Shown here in pieces: positions 20,611 through 31,300 of a stretch of DNA of 40,133 bases (its first letter is position 1; each line of letters begins with the position of its first letter). The stretch covers positions 1-40,133 of the forward strand of contig BTVJ01000066.1 of the NCBI GenBank assembly GCA_045863395.1. The letters are read 5' to 3'. Source of the stretch: Myxococcales bacterium. Its GTDB lineage: Bacteria; Myxococcota_A; UBA9042; JABWCM01; BTVJ01. The notes under the pieces are model-generated. The model made no database searches. It had not been told where the DNA came from and worked only from the letters and a program-made list of their open reading frames with translations. The translations under genes were made by a program, and so were the position numbers.

Positions 20611-22059
20611 TCAGACCTGCTTGTGGAGCCAGGCCCGCCGGCTGTACCAGAAGGCATAGATCAGGGCGCTCGCCACGTTGGCGAGGGCGAGGATCCACCA
20701 AGCCCCAGGGCGTCCGACGAAGCCCTGACCGATGAGCACGATGCCGACCGGGACCTGGATGCCGAACACGACGATCAGATCGAGGATGAAGCTGGACAGA
20801 GTGGCGCCGGCCCCGGAGAGCGCGCTGGAGAGCACGGCGGCCACACCCAGGAAGGCGTAGCTCGGGCCGACGATCATGAGGTACTCCCGACCGATGGCCA
20901 CCACGGCCGGGGTGGCGTCGAAGAAGGCGACGATGGGCTCAGCCAGACCCATGTAGAGGGTCGCAATGGCGAGCATCCCGAGGAAGGTGTAGGCGGCGGC
21001 GATCCAGCCCGCCCGCAGCGCGCGGTCGAGCTGCCCGGCGCCCAGGTTCTGACCGACGTAGGTGCTCGCCGCCGCCCCCCAGCCGAGGCTCGAGAACAGG
21101 GCGATGGTGTCGAGGCGGATGCAGATGCCGAAGGCGGCGAGCGCCGTGCCGTCCGCGTCGGTCGTGAAGAAGCGAGCGACCAGGCTCACGAAGACGATGA
21201 CGGCGAGGATGCGCACGACGAGCTGGGCGGACGACGGGGCCGCGATCTTGACGAGGCGCCACACCTCCTCGCGGGGGGCGCGAAGGAGCCCGAGGCGAAA
21301 CTGGAGCCCGCTGTGCCTGCTCAGCATCCACCCGAGCGCCACGAGGCTGCCGAGCGTGCGGGCGATGACGGTGGCCCACGCCGCCCCGTTGACGCCCATG
21401 TGCGGCACGCCGAGCCACGCGGCGAACGGCGTCGCCCACTGGAGGGCAGCCGGAGCCGGCCCTGGTCCGTAGGCCATGATCACGTCGAGCACGATGTTGA
21501 GCACGCTGGCGCCTCCGATGATGATCGACGGGAAGCGCGACTCCCCATAGCCCCGCATGATGGCGGTGAGCTGGAGCAGGAAGAAGATGGAGCCGCTGCC
21601 GCCGACGATGATCTCCAGGTAGTCGATGGCGACGAGGCGGATGTCCCCCTTGGTGCCCACGAGCTCCGTGGTGACCCAGTCGGCGCCGAGCACTCCAGCG
21701 AACCCGAGGATGATCGACATCGCGAGGATGACGCCGACGCTCCCCCAGGCGGCGGCGTTGGCGCCGTCCCGGTCGCCGCGGCCCAGGCGTCGGGCGATGA
21801 CTGCGACGGTGGCGTTGGACAGGCCAAGCACGACGATGGTCGCGAGCATGGCGAGCATGTCCGCGACGGCGAGGGCGCCCAGGGCGGCCGTCCCGTTGGG
21901 AAGGCTCCCGATGATCACCAGGTCGATGAGGTTGAAGGAGGCGTGGGCCGCCATGGCCAGCGCCATGGGGGCGCCGAACCGGAGCACGCCCCGCCCCATG
22001 GGCCCGGTGAGGATGGGTGAGGCCCCGGCGGGCGACCCGGGGGCGACGGTCGCCGTCAC
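20611..22059 (-). CDS. MATE family efflux transporter
   Basis: ILTGPMGRGVLRFGAP start, MRGYGES..P, NIVLD, MGVNGAAWAT, YVGQNLGAG; about 12 TM segments; GTG overlaps the nadE stop. Confidence 0.9.
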   Translation of the reverse strand: MTATVAPGSPAGASPILTGPMGRGVLRFGAPMALAMAAHASFNLIDLVIIGSLPNGTAALGALAVADMLAMLATIVVLGLSNATVAVIARRLGRGDRDGANAAAWGSVGVILAMSIILGFAGVLGADWVTTELVGTKGDIRLVAIDYLEIIVGGSGSIFFLLQLTAIMRGYGESRFPSIIIGGASVLNIVLDVIMAYGPGPAPAALQWATPFAAWLGVPHMGVNGAAWATVIARTLGSLVALGWMLSRHSGLQFRLGLLRAPREEVWRLVKIAAPSSAQLVVRILAVIVFVSLVARFFTTDADGTALAAFGICIRLDTIALFSSLGWGAAASTYVGQNLGAGQLDRALRAGWIAAAYTFLGMLAIATLYMGLAEPIVAFFDATPAVVAIGREYLMIVGPSYAFLGVAAVLSSALSGAGATLSSFILDLIVVFGIQVPVGIVLIGQGFVGRPGAWWILALANVASALIYAFWYSRRAWLHKQV

Positions 22060-23714
22060 TGGAGGAACTTCTGTGTGATGGGGTGACGCCGCCCGCCGCC
22101 GAAGGCCTTGCTCGTGACCTTGATGCCTGGGGCCGCCTGGCGCCGCTTGTACTCGTTCTGGTCCACCATGCGCAGCACCCGCCTCACCAGCGCCTCGTCG
22201 TGCCCCAGCGCGATGATCTGCGCGGCGCTCCGGCGCTCCACGATGTAGGCGTGGAGGATCGCGTCCAGCACGTCGTAGGGGGGCAGGGTGTCCTGGTCCT
22301 TCTGGTCGGGGCGCAGCTCTGCGGATGGCGCCTTCTCGATGATCTCCAAGGGGATCAGAGGATGAAGCGGGCTGGGCGAGGCGATGGAGTTTACATAATC
22401 GCACATCTCGTAGACCAAGGTCTTCGGGAGGTCGGCGATGATCGCCAGGCCGCCCGACATATCTCCATAGAGCGTGCAGTAGCCCACGGCCAGCTCGCTC
22501 TTGTTGCCCGTCGACAGCACCAGCGCACCGTACTTGTTGGAGTACGCCATCAGGAGGTTGCCGCGGATGCGCGCCTGGAGGTTCTCCTCCGTGACGTCCG
22601 GGGCGCGGCGGTCGAACAGGGGCGCCAGGTCCCGCTGGTACGCGTCGAAGATCGCCGTGATGCGCAGCGTGTGAAGCGTGATGCCCAGGTTCCTGGCCAG
22701 GGCCACCGAGTCGTCCACGCTGCCCCGCGACGAGTAGGGCGACGGCATGGTCACGGCGGTCACGCTGCGAGAACCCAGCGCCCGGGCCGCGATGACCGCC
22801 GTGAGGGCCGAGTCGATGCCGCCTGAGAGGCCAAGCACTACCGACTCGAAGCCGCACTTGTTGACATAATCACGAAGACCCAGCTCCAGGGCGGCCAGCG
22901 CGTCGCCGATGTCCGGGGTGGGGTCGTCGGGGAGCTCGGGCTGGCTCGGCGTGAAGGGGTCGAAGACCACGAGGCCCTCGGTGAAGCGCGGCCCCATGGC
23001 CACGGTGCGGCCCGCGGCGTCGATGCCCAGGCTCCGCCCGTCGAACACCAGGCTGTCATTGCCGCCCACCAGGTTGCAGTACGCGATGGGGACCCGGTGC
23101 TTGCGCGCGAGCTGAGCGAGCAGGCGCTGGCGCAGGCGGTGCTTGCCCATGACGAACGGAGATGCCGACAGGTTGACGATCACGTCGACACCTTCGTCGG
23201 CGAGCGCGGTGATGGGGTCGGTCCGGTACAGGCGCCGGTCCCAGGAGTCCGGGTCGTTCCAGGCGTCCTCGCAGATGGTGAGGCCGACGCGGCACCCCTT
23301 GACCGTGGCGACCACCGGCTCCTCGCCGGGCTCGAACCAGCGCGCCTCGTCGAACACGTCGTAGTTGGGCAGCAGGCGCTTCCTATAGGTGGCCTGCACG
23401 CGCCCGTCGGAGAGGACCGCCGCAGCGTTGAAGGCGCTGCGCCCGTAGGGTCCCGGGTTGGCGAGCACGAAGCCCGCGACGATCGTCATGCCGTCGGTCT
23501 CGCGGGCAAGGGCCTCGACGGCGCGCTCGCTGGCGGCGACGAAGGCCGGGTGCTCGACCAGATCCATGGGCGGGTAGCCGGCGAGAGCGAGCTCCGGCAG
23601 CAGCAGCAGGTCGCAGCCGGCCGCGCGAGCGTCGGCGGCAGCCCGGCGGGCGAGGGCCAGGTTCCCGTCGAAGTCGCCCACCGTGGTGTCGATCTGAGCC
23701 ATCCCGATGCGCAT
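22056..23714 (-). CDS. nadE: Glutamine-dependent NAD+ synthetase
   Basis: N-terminal CN-hydrolase domain (PELALAGYPP, K..LPNYDVFDE, ICED), then GLSGGIDS, ENLQARIRG, TGNKSE, PSAEL, EYKRRQA. Confidence 0.96.
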   Translation of the reverse strand: MRIGMAQIDTTVGDFDGNLALARRAAADARAAGCDLLLLPELALAGYPPMDLVEHPAFVAASERAVEALARETDGMTIVAGFVLANPGPYGRSAFNAAAVLSDGRVQATYRKRLLPNYDVFDEARWFEPGEEPVVATVKGCRVGLTICEDAWNDPDSWDRRLYRTDPITALADEGVDVIVNLSASPFVMGKHRLRQRLLAQLARKHRVPIAYCNLVGGNDSLVFDGRSLGIDAAGRTVAMGPRFTEGLVVFDPFTPSQPELPDDPTPDIGDALAALELGLRDYVNKCGFESVVLGLSGGIDSALTAVIAARALGSRSVTAVTMPSPYSSRGSVDDSVALARNLGITLHTLRITAIFDAYQRDLAPLFDRRAPDVTEENLQARIRGNLLMAYSNKYGALVLSTGNKSELAVGYCTLYGDMSGGLAIIADLPKTLVYEMCDYVNSIASPSPLHPLIPLEIIEKAPSAELRPDQKDQDTLPPYDVLDAILHAYIVERRSAAQIIALGHDEALVRRVLRMVDQNEYKRRQAAPGIKVTSKAFGGGRRHPITQKFLQ

Positions 23715-23750
23715 CGCTGCCTCCCGAGCCTCCGGGGCGAAGGACGCGCG

Positions 23751-23780
23751 ATTATAGGGATCGGCTGCGTGGGAGGTCAA
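23751..23780 (-). promoter_or_regulatory. sigma70 promoter for nadE-MATE
   Basis: TTGACC-18 nt-TATAAT on the minus strand. Confidence 0.65.
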
Positions 23781-23820
23781 TCGAGGGGCCGGTCCGGCGA
23801 GGGCCTCGCTCTGGAATAGA

Positions 23821-23848
23821 ACGTCTGATAATCCATATTATGTCAACT
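23821..23848 (+). other. dif: dif site (XerC/XerD chromosome dimer resolution site)
   Basis: ACGTCTGATAA-TCCATA-TTATGTCAACT: 11-6-11 architecture, inner ATAA/TTAT inverted repeat, XerD arm 9/11 identical to E. coli TTATGTTAAAT; intergenic and AT-rich in a very GC-rich background. Confidence 0.85.
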
Positions 23849-24093
23849 CGCAGATCCGATGGATGGTCGGGACCCGGCCCCGCACGAGATGGCGCCGGCG
23901 GCTGCACGCCACCGCCAGGCCGCCTTGTCGGCACGGATGAATTTTTTTTCGAGCGGGGGTTGACGGTCGAGGATCACAGATTTGAATGTAGCAGCTCGCC
24001 GGGGGGGCCCCGAGGATCGGCGACGCAATCAGTCGATTGGCATTATCGTGCGGGCATGTGCCCGCGATTCACCCAGAGCGGAGGAGGTGCGTG

Positions 24094-24546
24094 ATGTTCA
24101 CCCGTTGGAGCGACTTCGACCGGACGATGGCCTTCATGGACGAGCTGCGCCGGCGCATGGATCGGGCCTTCGAGGCCCCGGCCCAAGGCTTCGCGACCCA
24201 GAACCGCCTGTTCGGGGCGACGGGCTGGCCTCGGATCAACGTGAGCGACAACGGCAGCAACTACATGGTCATCGCCGAGGTCCCGGGCCTGTCCGACAAG
24301 GACCTGACGCTGAACCTGACGCAGGACACGCTGACCCTGAGCGGCGAGCGCAAGGTGGTGGTGCCCGAGGGCTACTCGGTGCACCGCCAGGAGCGCACCC
24401 CCGTGAAGTTCTCCCGCAGCGTGTACTTCCCGACCCGGGTCGACCCGGAGCACACGCGGGCCAACATCAAGAACGGCGTGCTGCAGATCGAGATCGGGAA
24501 GGTGAAGGAGGAGCTGCCGCGCCAGATCACCGTCAAGGCGGGCTGA
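24094..24546 (+). CDS. Hsp20/alpha-crystallin small heat shock protein
   Basis: WPRINV, AEVPGL, LTLSGER, ER..KFSRS, A..KNGVLQIEIGK, PRQITV; GGAGGAGG RBS. Confidence 0.93.
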   Translation: MFTRWSDFDRTMAFMDELRRRMDRAFEAPAQGFATQNRLFGATGWPRINVSDNGSNYMVIAEVPGLSDKDLTLNLTQDTLTLSGERKVVVPEGYSVHRQERTPVKFSRSVYFPTRVDPEHTRANIKNGVLQIEIGKVKEELPRQITVKAG

Positions 24547-24625
24547 GGCAGCGTCGTTCGGGAAGAGAGAGTCAGTCGTTCGAGCAATGAATCCGGGTAT
24601 CATGACCCGATTGAGGAGGCCAGCG

Positions 24626-25021
24626 ATGAAGGACCCGAAGAACGTGGCGATCACCAAGACCGAGGCGACGGACCCCGAGGCCGTGTGGGAGGGGCGCGTG
24701 GCGGCCCCGTTCGTCGACATCTACGAGAACCGTGACGAGCTGCTCGTCGTGGCGGACATGCCGGGCATCGAGCAGGACAGCATCCAGATCAACCTGAACA
24801 AGGACCAGCTCGTGCTCGAGGGCCGCGCGCCCAACTTCGCTGAGAACCGCGACCTGCTGAGCTGCGAGTTCGAGCCCGCCAGCTACCGGCGCGCCTTCCT
24901 GGTGCCGAAGGGTATCGATGCGGCGAAGATCACGGCGGAGCTGTCCTGCGGCGTGCTCAAGGTCCACCTGCCGAAGGCGGAGGGCCTGAAGCCGCGCCAG
25001 ATCCCGATCAAGACCATCTGA
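24626..25021 (+). CDS. Hsp20/alpha-crystallin small heat shock protein
   Basis: PFVDIYE, ADMPG, YRRAF, AELSCGVLKVHLPK, PRQIPI; GAGGAGG RBS. Confidence 0.93.
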   Translation: MKDPKNVAITKTEATDPEAVWEGRVAAPFVDIYENRDELLVVADMPGIEQDSIQINLNKDQLVLEGRAPNFAENRDLLSCEFEPASYRRAFLVPKGIDAAKITAELSCGVLKVHLPKAEGLKPRQIPIKTI

Positions 25022-25062
25022 CGGCCATGAGCCGCCAGCCGTAGAGGCGTCCTCCGGGCTCG

Positions 25063-25090
25063 CGGGGGTGCGGCGGGTGCCGCGCCCCCG
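25063..25090 (+). terminator. GC-rich hairpin after the hsp20 pair (terminator or REP-like)
   Basis: 12-bp stem CGGGGGTGCGGC/GCCGCGCCCCCG (one G-U pair) with a 4-nt loop; no U-tract. Confidence 0.35.
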
Positions 25091-25360
25091 ATGGGCTGCT
25101 TCGGTAGAGCGCCCTGCCCCACCCTGCCCCGCCCCGCGTCGCCGTTGCCGCAAGGACCCTTCACGGACCTGAGCACCCTGATTTCGCGCCGATGCGCGCG
25201 CAGCGCCTCCGTGCGCCGGCCACTGCGCCGCGGGCAGGAGCACGGCGGCCGCGCGGTTTCGAGCCGCGCTGCTCCCAAAGCCCTCTGAGCGCTTTCTCCG
25301 GCCCCCTCCTTTCTCTATGCTGTGGACCGCCAGGCGGTCGGAAGGAAGGAGCTGGGGCTC

Positions 25361-28300
25361 ATGCGAAGCAACAATCGGTGGGTTCGGGGCGTTCGGCTCA
25401 TGCGCGTCATGGGCGTATGCGCGTTGTTCGGGTGGGCGGCGTGCGCGTCGGAGACGACGACGGCGACCAACGAGGCGCTGGACGTCACGGGCGGCGGAAG
25501 CAAGAAGGACATCAGCTTCGGCCAAGACCTTGGCGGCACCGACACCGCGGTCGCGGTGGACGTGCCCTACGACCCTGGCGCCCCGGAGCCCGGCAAGCTG
25601 GGGTGGACCTGTGAGGGCAGCCAGGACTGTGACTCGGGCCACTGCATCGACACCCCCCTCGGCAAGAAGTGCAGCCAGCAGTGCGTGGAGAACTGCCCTG
25701 ACGGGTGGTCCTGCGAGAACGTGGCCGTGCTCCCCGACGTGCTCTACCTCTGCCGCCCCTGGGCGTCGGACCTGTGCAAGGAGTGCGTGGTGCCCTCCGA
25801 GTGCGGCGGCCCCAACGACCACTGCCTGTACGTGGGGGCGGCAGGCACCTTCTGCGGCCTCGACTGCCAGAGCGACATGGACTGCCCGACCAGCTATGCC
25901 TGCAAGCAGGTGACGACGACGCTGGACGAGAAGGTGCTCCAGTGCGTGCCGACCACCGGGTCCTGCGTGTGCACGCCGGACATCGACGGCACGACCCGCG
26001 AGTGCACGCGCTCCAACTCCATCGGCACCTGCTACGGGACGGAGACCTGCAAGGGCGACCAGGGCTGGGTCGGGTGCACGGCGACGACCCCCGCCTTCGA
26101 GACCTGCAATGGCAAGGACGACGACTGCGACGGGCAGGCGGACGAGGGCATGGACCCGGAGGCCTGCGAGATCGCCAACGGCTGGGGCAAGTGCGTGGGG
26201 ACGCGGTCCTGCAAGGGGCTCGGGGGCTGGGTGTGCGACGCGACGACCCCCGCGGCCGAGAGCTGCAACGGCAAGGACGACGACTGCGACGGGCTCACCG
26301 ACGAGGACTTCGGGGGCCTGGGCGACCCCTGCGACGGGGACGACCCGGACCAGTGCCAGAACGGGACCATCCAGTGTAGCGGGGACGGCAAGACCATCGA
26401 GTGCGTGGGCGACGAGAACAAGGGCGAGCTGTGTGACGGCCTCGACAACGACTGTGACGGGCTCATCGACGAGGACTTCCCGACCCTGGGCACGGCCTGC
26501 GACGGCCCTGACTCCGACGACTGCGCCATGGGCGTCATGGTCTGCACCGCCGACAAGCTCGCTGTGGCATGCACCGGCGACGTGAACCAGGTGGAGGAGT
26601 GCGACGGCTGGGACAACGACTGCGACGGCGCGACGGACGAGGGGTTCGCCGACTTCGACGGTGATGGCCAGGCGGACTGCGTCGACGAGGACGACGACGG
26701 CGACGGGGACCTGGACATCACGGACTGCAAGCCCCTGGATCCCACCATCTTCAGTGGGCTGAAGGAGGAGTGCGACGGCATCGACAACGACTGTGACGGG
26801 CTGGTGGACGAGGACTTCGCGGACACGGACGACAACGGCGTGGCCGACTGCCTCGACGATGATGACGACGGTGACGGCGTCAAGGACAAGAACGACAACT
26901 GCCCGAAGGTACACAACGTCGACCAGAAGGACTCGGACGACGACGGCCAGGGGGACGCGTGCGATGCAGACGACGACAACGATGGGGTGGAGGATTGGGA
27001 GGACAACTGCCCCCTCATCTGGAACCAGGACCAGAAGGACTTCGACAAGGACGGGTTCGGCGACGCCTGCGACGACGACGACGACAACGACGGCTCGCCG
27101 GACAAGGCGGATTGCCAGCCGCTCGACGCGACCATCCACCCCGGAGCCCCCGAGGGGTGCGACGGCAAGGACAACAACTGCAACGGCCTCGTCGATGAGG
27201 GCCAGCCGGACACGGACGGCGACGGGCTCAAGGACTGCGTGGACGACGACGACGACGGCGACGGGGACCCGGACCTCAGCGACTGCGCGCCGCTCGACGA
27301 GCTGACCTACCACGGCGCCTACGAGCTGTGCGACGGCAAGGACAACAACTGCAACGGGCTCATCGACGAGGGCTACCCGGACGTGGACCAGAACGGGGTC
27401 GCCGACTGCGAGGACATCGACGACGACGGAGACGGAGACCCGGACGACCTGGACTGCGCCCCCAACAACCCCGCGATCCACCACGGCGCCAAGGAGCTGT
27501 GCGACGGCTTCGACAACAACTGCAACGGGCTCATCGACGAGGGGTATCCAGATACGGACGGGGACAAGATCGCCGACTGCCTCGACGACGACGACGACAA
27601 CGACGGGCTCCCGGACTTCGCCGACAACTGTCCGCTGGCCGCCAACCCGGGGCAGCAGGACAACGACAAGGACGGCATGGGCGACGCCTGCGATCCGGAC
27701 GACGACAACGACGGCGACCCGGACACGAGCGACTGCAAGCCTCTCGACCCGACGATCTCGGCGCTGGCCCAGGAGCTCTGCAACGCCAAGGATGACGACT
27801 GCGACGGCCTGGTCGATGAGGAGGGGGCCAAGGGCTGCTACGCCATCTACCTGGACGCGGACCAGGACGGGTACGGCAACCCCTCGAAGGTCAAGTGCCT
27901 GTGCGGGGACGCGGACTTCTACACGGCGGACGTGGGCGGAGACTGCGACGACTCGGACCCCAAGATCAACCCCGCCGCCATCGAGAAGTGCAACGGCTTC
28001 GACGACAACTGCGACGGCATCGTCGACGAGAAGAGCTCCACGGGCTGCGTCAACTGGTACTACGACGGAGACAAGGACGGCTACGGGGTCTCCCAGAACT
28101 TCAAGTGCGGCTGCGGCCCCGAGGGGGCCTTCTCGGCGCCCAAGCCCGGGGACTGCGACGACGGCAACCCCCTGGTCAACCCCGGCCTGCCCGAGAAGTG
28201 CAACGGCTTCGACGACGACTGCGACGGCAAGGTGGACGAGGAGGACGCGGGAGGCTGCACGGTCTACTACCAGGACTTCGACGCCGACGGCTTCGGGACC

Positions 28301-31300
28301 TCGACGCCCGCCAAGTGCCTGTGCGCCCCGTCGGGGGTCTTGTCCGCGTCGAAGTCCGGGGACTGCAACGACGGCGACCCGAACATCCACCCGGACCGGC
28401 CGGAGGTCTGCAACGGCAAGGACGACAACTGCAACTCCCTGGTCGACGAGGAGGGCGCGGGCGGCTGCACGGTCTACTTCCGCGACTTCGACAAGGACAC
28501 GGCGGGCGTGACCGGCGACTCCAAGTGTCTCTGCGTGCCGACGGGAGACTACTCGGCGACCTACGACGGAGACTGCAACGATACGAACGCCGCCGTCGGG
28601 CCTCAGGCGACCGAGATCTGCAACAACGTGGACGACGACTGCAATGGCTTCATCGACGGCCAGGATGTGGTCGGCTGCGAGGTCTACTATCAGAACGTCG
28701 ATGGAGACGGCTATGGCGTCACCGGGGTGTCGAAGTGTCTCTGCAAGCCTGACGGCGTCTATGACACGAAGCTCCATGGCGACTGCAACGACGAGAACAA
28801 GTTCATCCACCCGGGCGCGCTGGAGCAGTGCAACCTCGTGGACGACAACTGCAACGGGCTCGTCGACGAAGGGGCAGAGGACGAGTGCTCCCAGTTCTTC
28901 AAGGACTCGGACGGCGACGGGTTCGGCGTGCTCGGCGACGCCAAGTGCCAGTGTGGCCCCACGGGCAAGTACACCGCCATCCAGGCGGGGGACTGCAACG
29001 ACGAGAGCTCGCTGATTCACCCGAACGCCCAGGAGATCTGCGGCAACGGCGCGGACGACAACTGCAACGGCAAGCAGGACGAGGAGGACGCCTTCGGCTG
29101 CGACCTCTACTACCGGGACTTCGACGGCGACACCTATGGGCTGTCGGCGTCCAGCAAGTGTTTGTGCGCTCCGTCCGGGGACTACAAGGTCAAGAAGGGA
29201 GGCGACTGCGACGACGCCGTCCCGTCGGTGAATCCGGGCGCCAACGAGTCCTGCAACAACATGGACGACGACTGCGACGGCGCCGTCGACGAGGAGGGGG
29301 CCATCGGGTGTCTGGTGCGGTATCTGGACCTGGATGGCGATACGTGGGGCAAGACCAACGACTCCAAGTGTTTGTGTGGGGTGGTCGGTGGCTACACGGC
29401 GACAAAGGGCGGTGACTGCAATGACGCCGCGCCCCAGGTGTATCCCGGCGCGACCGAGGCGTGCAACGGGGTCGATGACGACTGCGACGGTCTGGTGGAC
29501 GAGGAGGCGGCCCTCGGGTGTACCGTGATGTTCCTGGACGCGGACGCCGACGGCTACGGGCAGACCTTGAAGGCGAAGTGCCTGTGTACGGGGACAGGGG
29601 AGTATACGGCGACGCTGGGTGGTGACTGCGACGACACCCAGGTGGGCGTGAATCCCGCGGCGAAGGAGGTGTGCAACGGCAAGGACGACGACTGCGACGG
29701 GCTCGTGGACGAGGGCGCTGCTCAGGGCTGCACCAACTACTACAAGGACTTCGACGCTGACGGATACGGCGTGACCGCGGACGTCAAGTGCCTGTGCGTG
29801 GCCGAGGGGTTCCACACGGCGATCCTGCCCGGCGACTGCAACGACACGGCGCTGACGACGAACCCAGGCGCCCCCGAGGTCTGCAACGGGTTCGACGACG
29901 ACTGCGATGGGTTGCTCGACGAGACGGACGCCATCGGGTGCGACGTGTTCTTCGCCGACATGGACAGCGACGGCTACGGGGCCGATGGGTCCGCCCAGTG
30001 CCTGTGCAAGCCGAGCGCGACCCACAAGTCCAAGACCGCGGGTGACTGCGACGACACGAAGGCGACCATCCACCCCGCGGCGGTCGAGGCCTGCAACGGC
30101 ATCGACGACAACTGCAATGGCCAGGTCGACGAGGGGCAGGCCGGGGAGTGCGAGAACTGGTTCATGGACAAGGACAAGGACGGCTTCGGCATCCTGTCAC
30201 AGTTCAAGTGCCAGTGCGGGCCCATCGGTGACTACTCGACGCAGGTGATCGGCGACTGCGATGACACGAAGCCTGCCGTGAATCCAGGCTCAGCAGAGAA
30301 GTGCAATGGCCTGGATGACGACTGCGACGGCATCGTCGACGAGGAGGGGGCGACCGGGTGCATGAACCGCTACCAGGACAAGGACGCAGACGGCTACGGG
30401 AAGGACGGGACGGGCAAGTGCCTGTGCGCCGGGAGCGGAGATTACACGGCCGTGCTGGCCGGCGACTGCAATGACACCGCCGCTGCGATCAACCCCGGCG
30501 CCAAGGAGCTGTGCAACGGCATCGACGACGACTGCGACGAGCTCCTGGACGAGGAGGGGGCGCTCGGGTGCGGGACGTTCTTCTATGACGCGGACGGCGA
30601 CAAGTACGGCAAGCCCGGCGTGACCAAGTGCCTGTGCAAGGCGACCCCGCCCTACTCCGCGCTCCAGGGCGGTGACTGCGACGACGACGTGGGCACGACG
30701 AACCCCACGGCCACGGAGATCTGCAACGGCAAGGACGACAACTGCAATGGGCTCGAGGACGAGCTCAACGCGGTCGGCTGCCTCCCCCACTACCTCGACA
30801 ACGACCAGGACGGCTATGGCGTCGCCACGTCGGCCCAGTGCCTGTGCGCACCGTCGGGCAAGTACTCGGCGCTCGTTACGGGCGACTGCAACGACGCGGA
30901 CACGGCCATGCACCCCGGTGGTGCCGAGCTGTGCAACGGCAAGGACGACGACTGCGACGGCGTCATCGATGAGGAGGGCGCGGTCGGGTGCAGCACCTGG
31001 TACCGTGACTTCGACAAGGACGGCTACGGCAAGACGGGTGACTCCCTGTGTCTCTGCGGCGCGACGGGGGTCTACACCGCCGTCTGGCCCGGAGACTGCA
31101 ACGACGACGACGGGGACATCAACCCGGACGCCGACGAGCTGTGCAACGCAAAGGACGACAACTGCAACGGCTACGTCGATGAGGGCGCCTCGGGCGGCTG
31201 CGTGTCCTTCTACTTCGATGGGGACGGCGACGGCTTCGGCGTCAGCACCGACTTCAAGTGCCAGTGCGGCGGGCAAGGCAAGTACACCACGACCAAGCAC

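Noticed and set aside
22860..22869. Second XerD-arm-like sequence (TTATGTCAAC on the minus strand)
   Set aside because: Lies inside nadE (encodes D-Y-V-N) and has no ATAA-containing XerC arm at the correct spacing.
24038..24051. sigma54-like TGGCA...TGC upstream of hsp20
   Set aside because: GG-to-GC spacing is one base shorter than the strict -24/-12 requirement.
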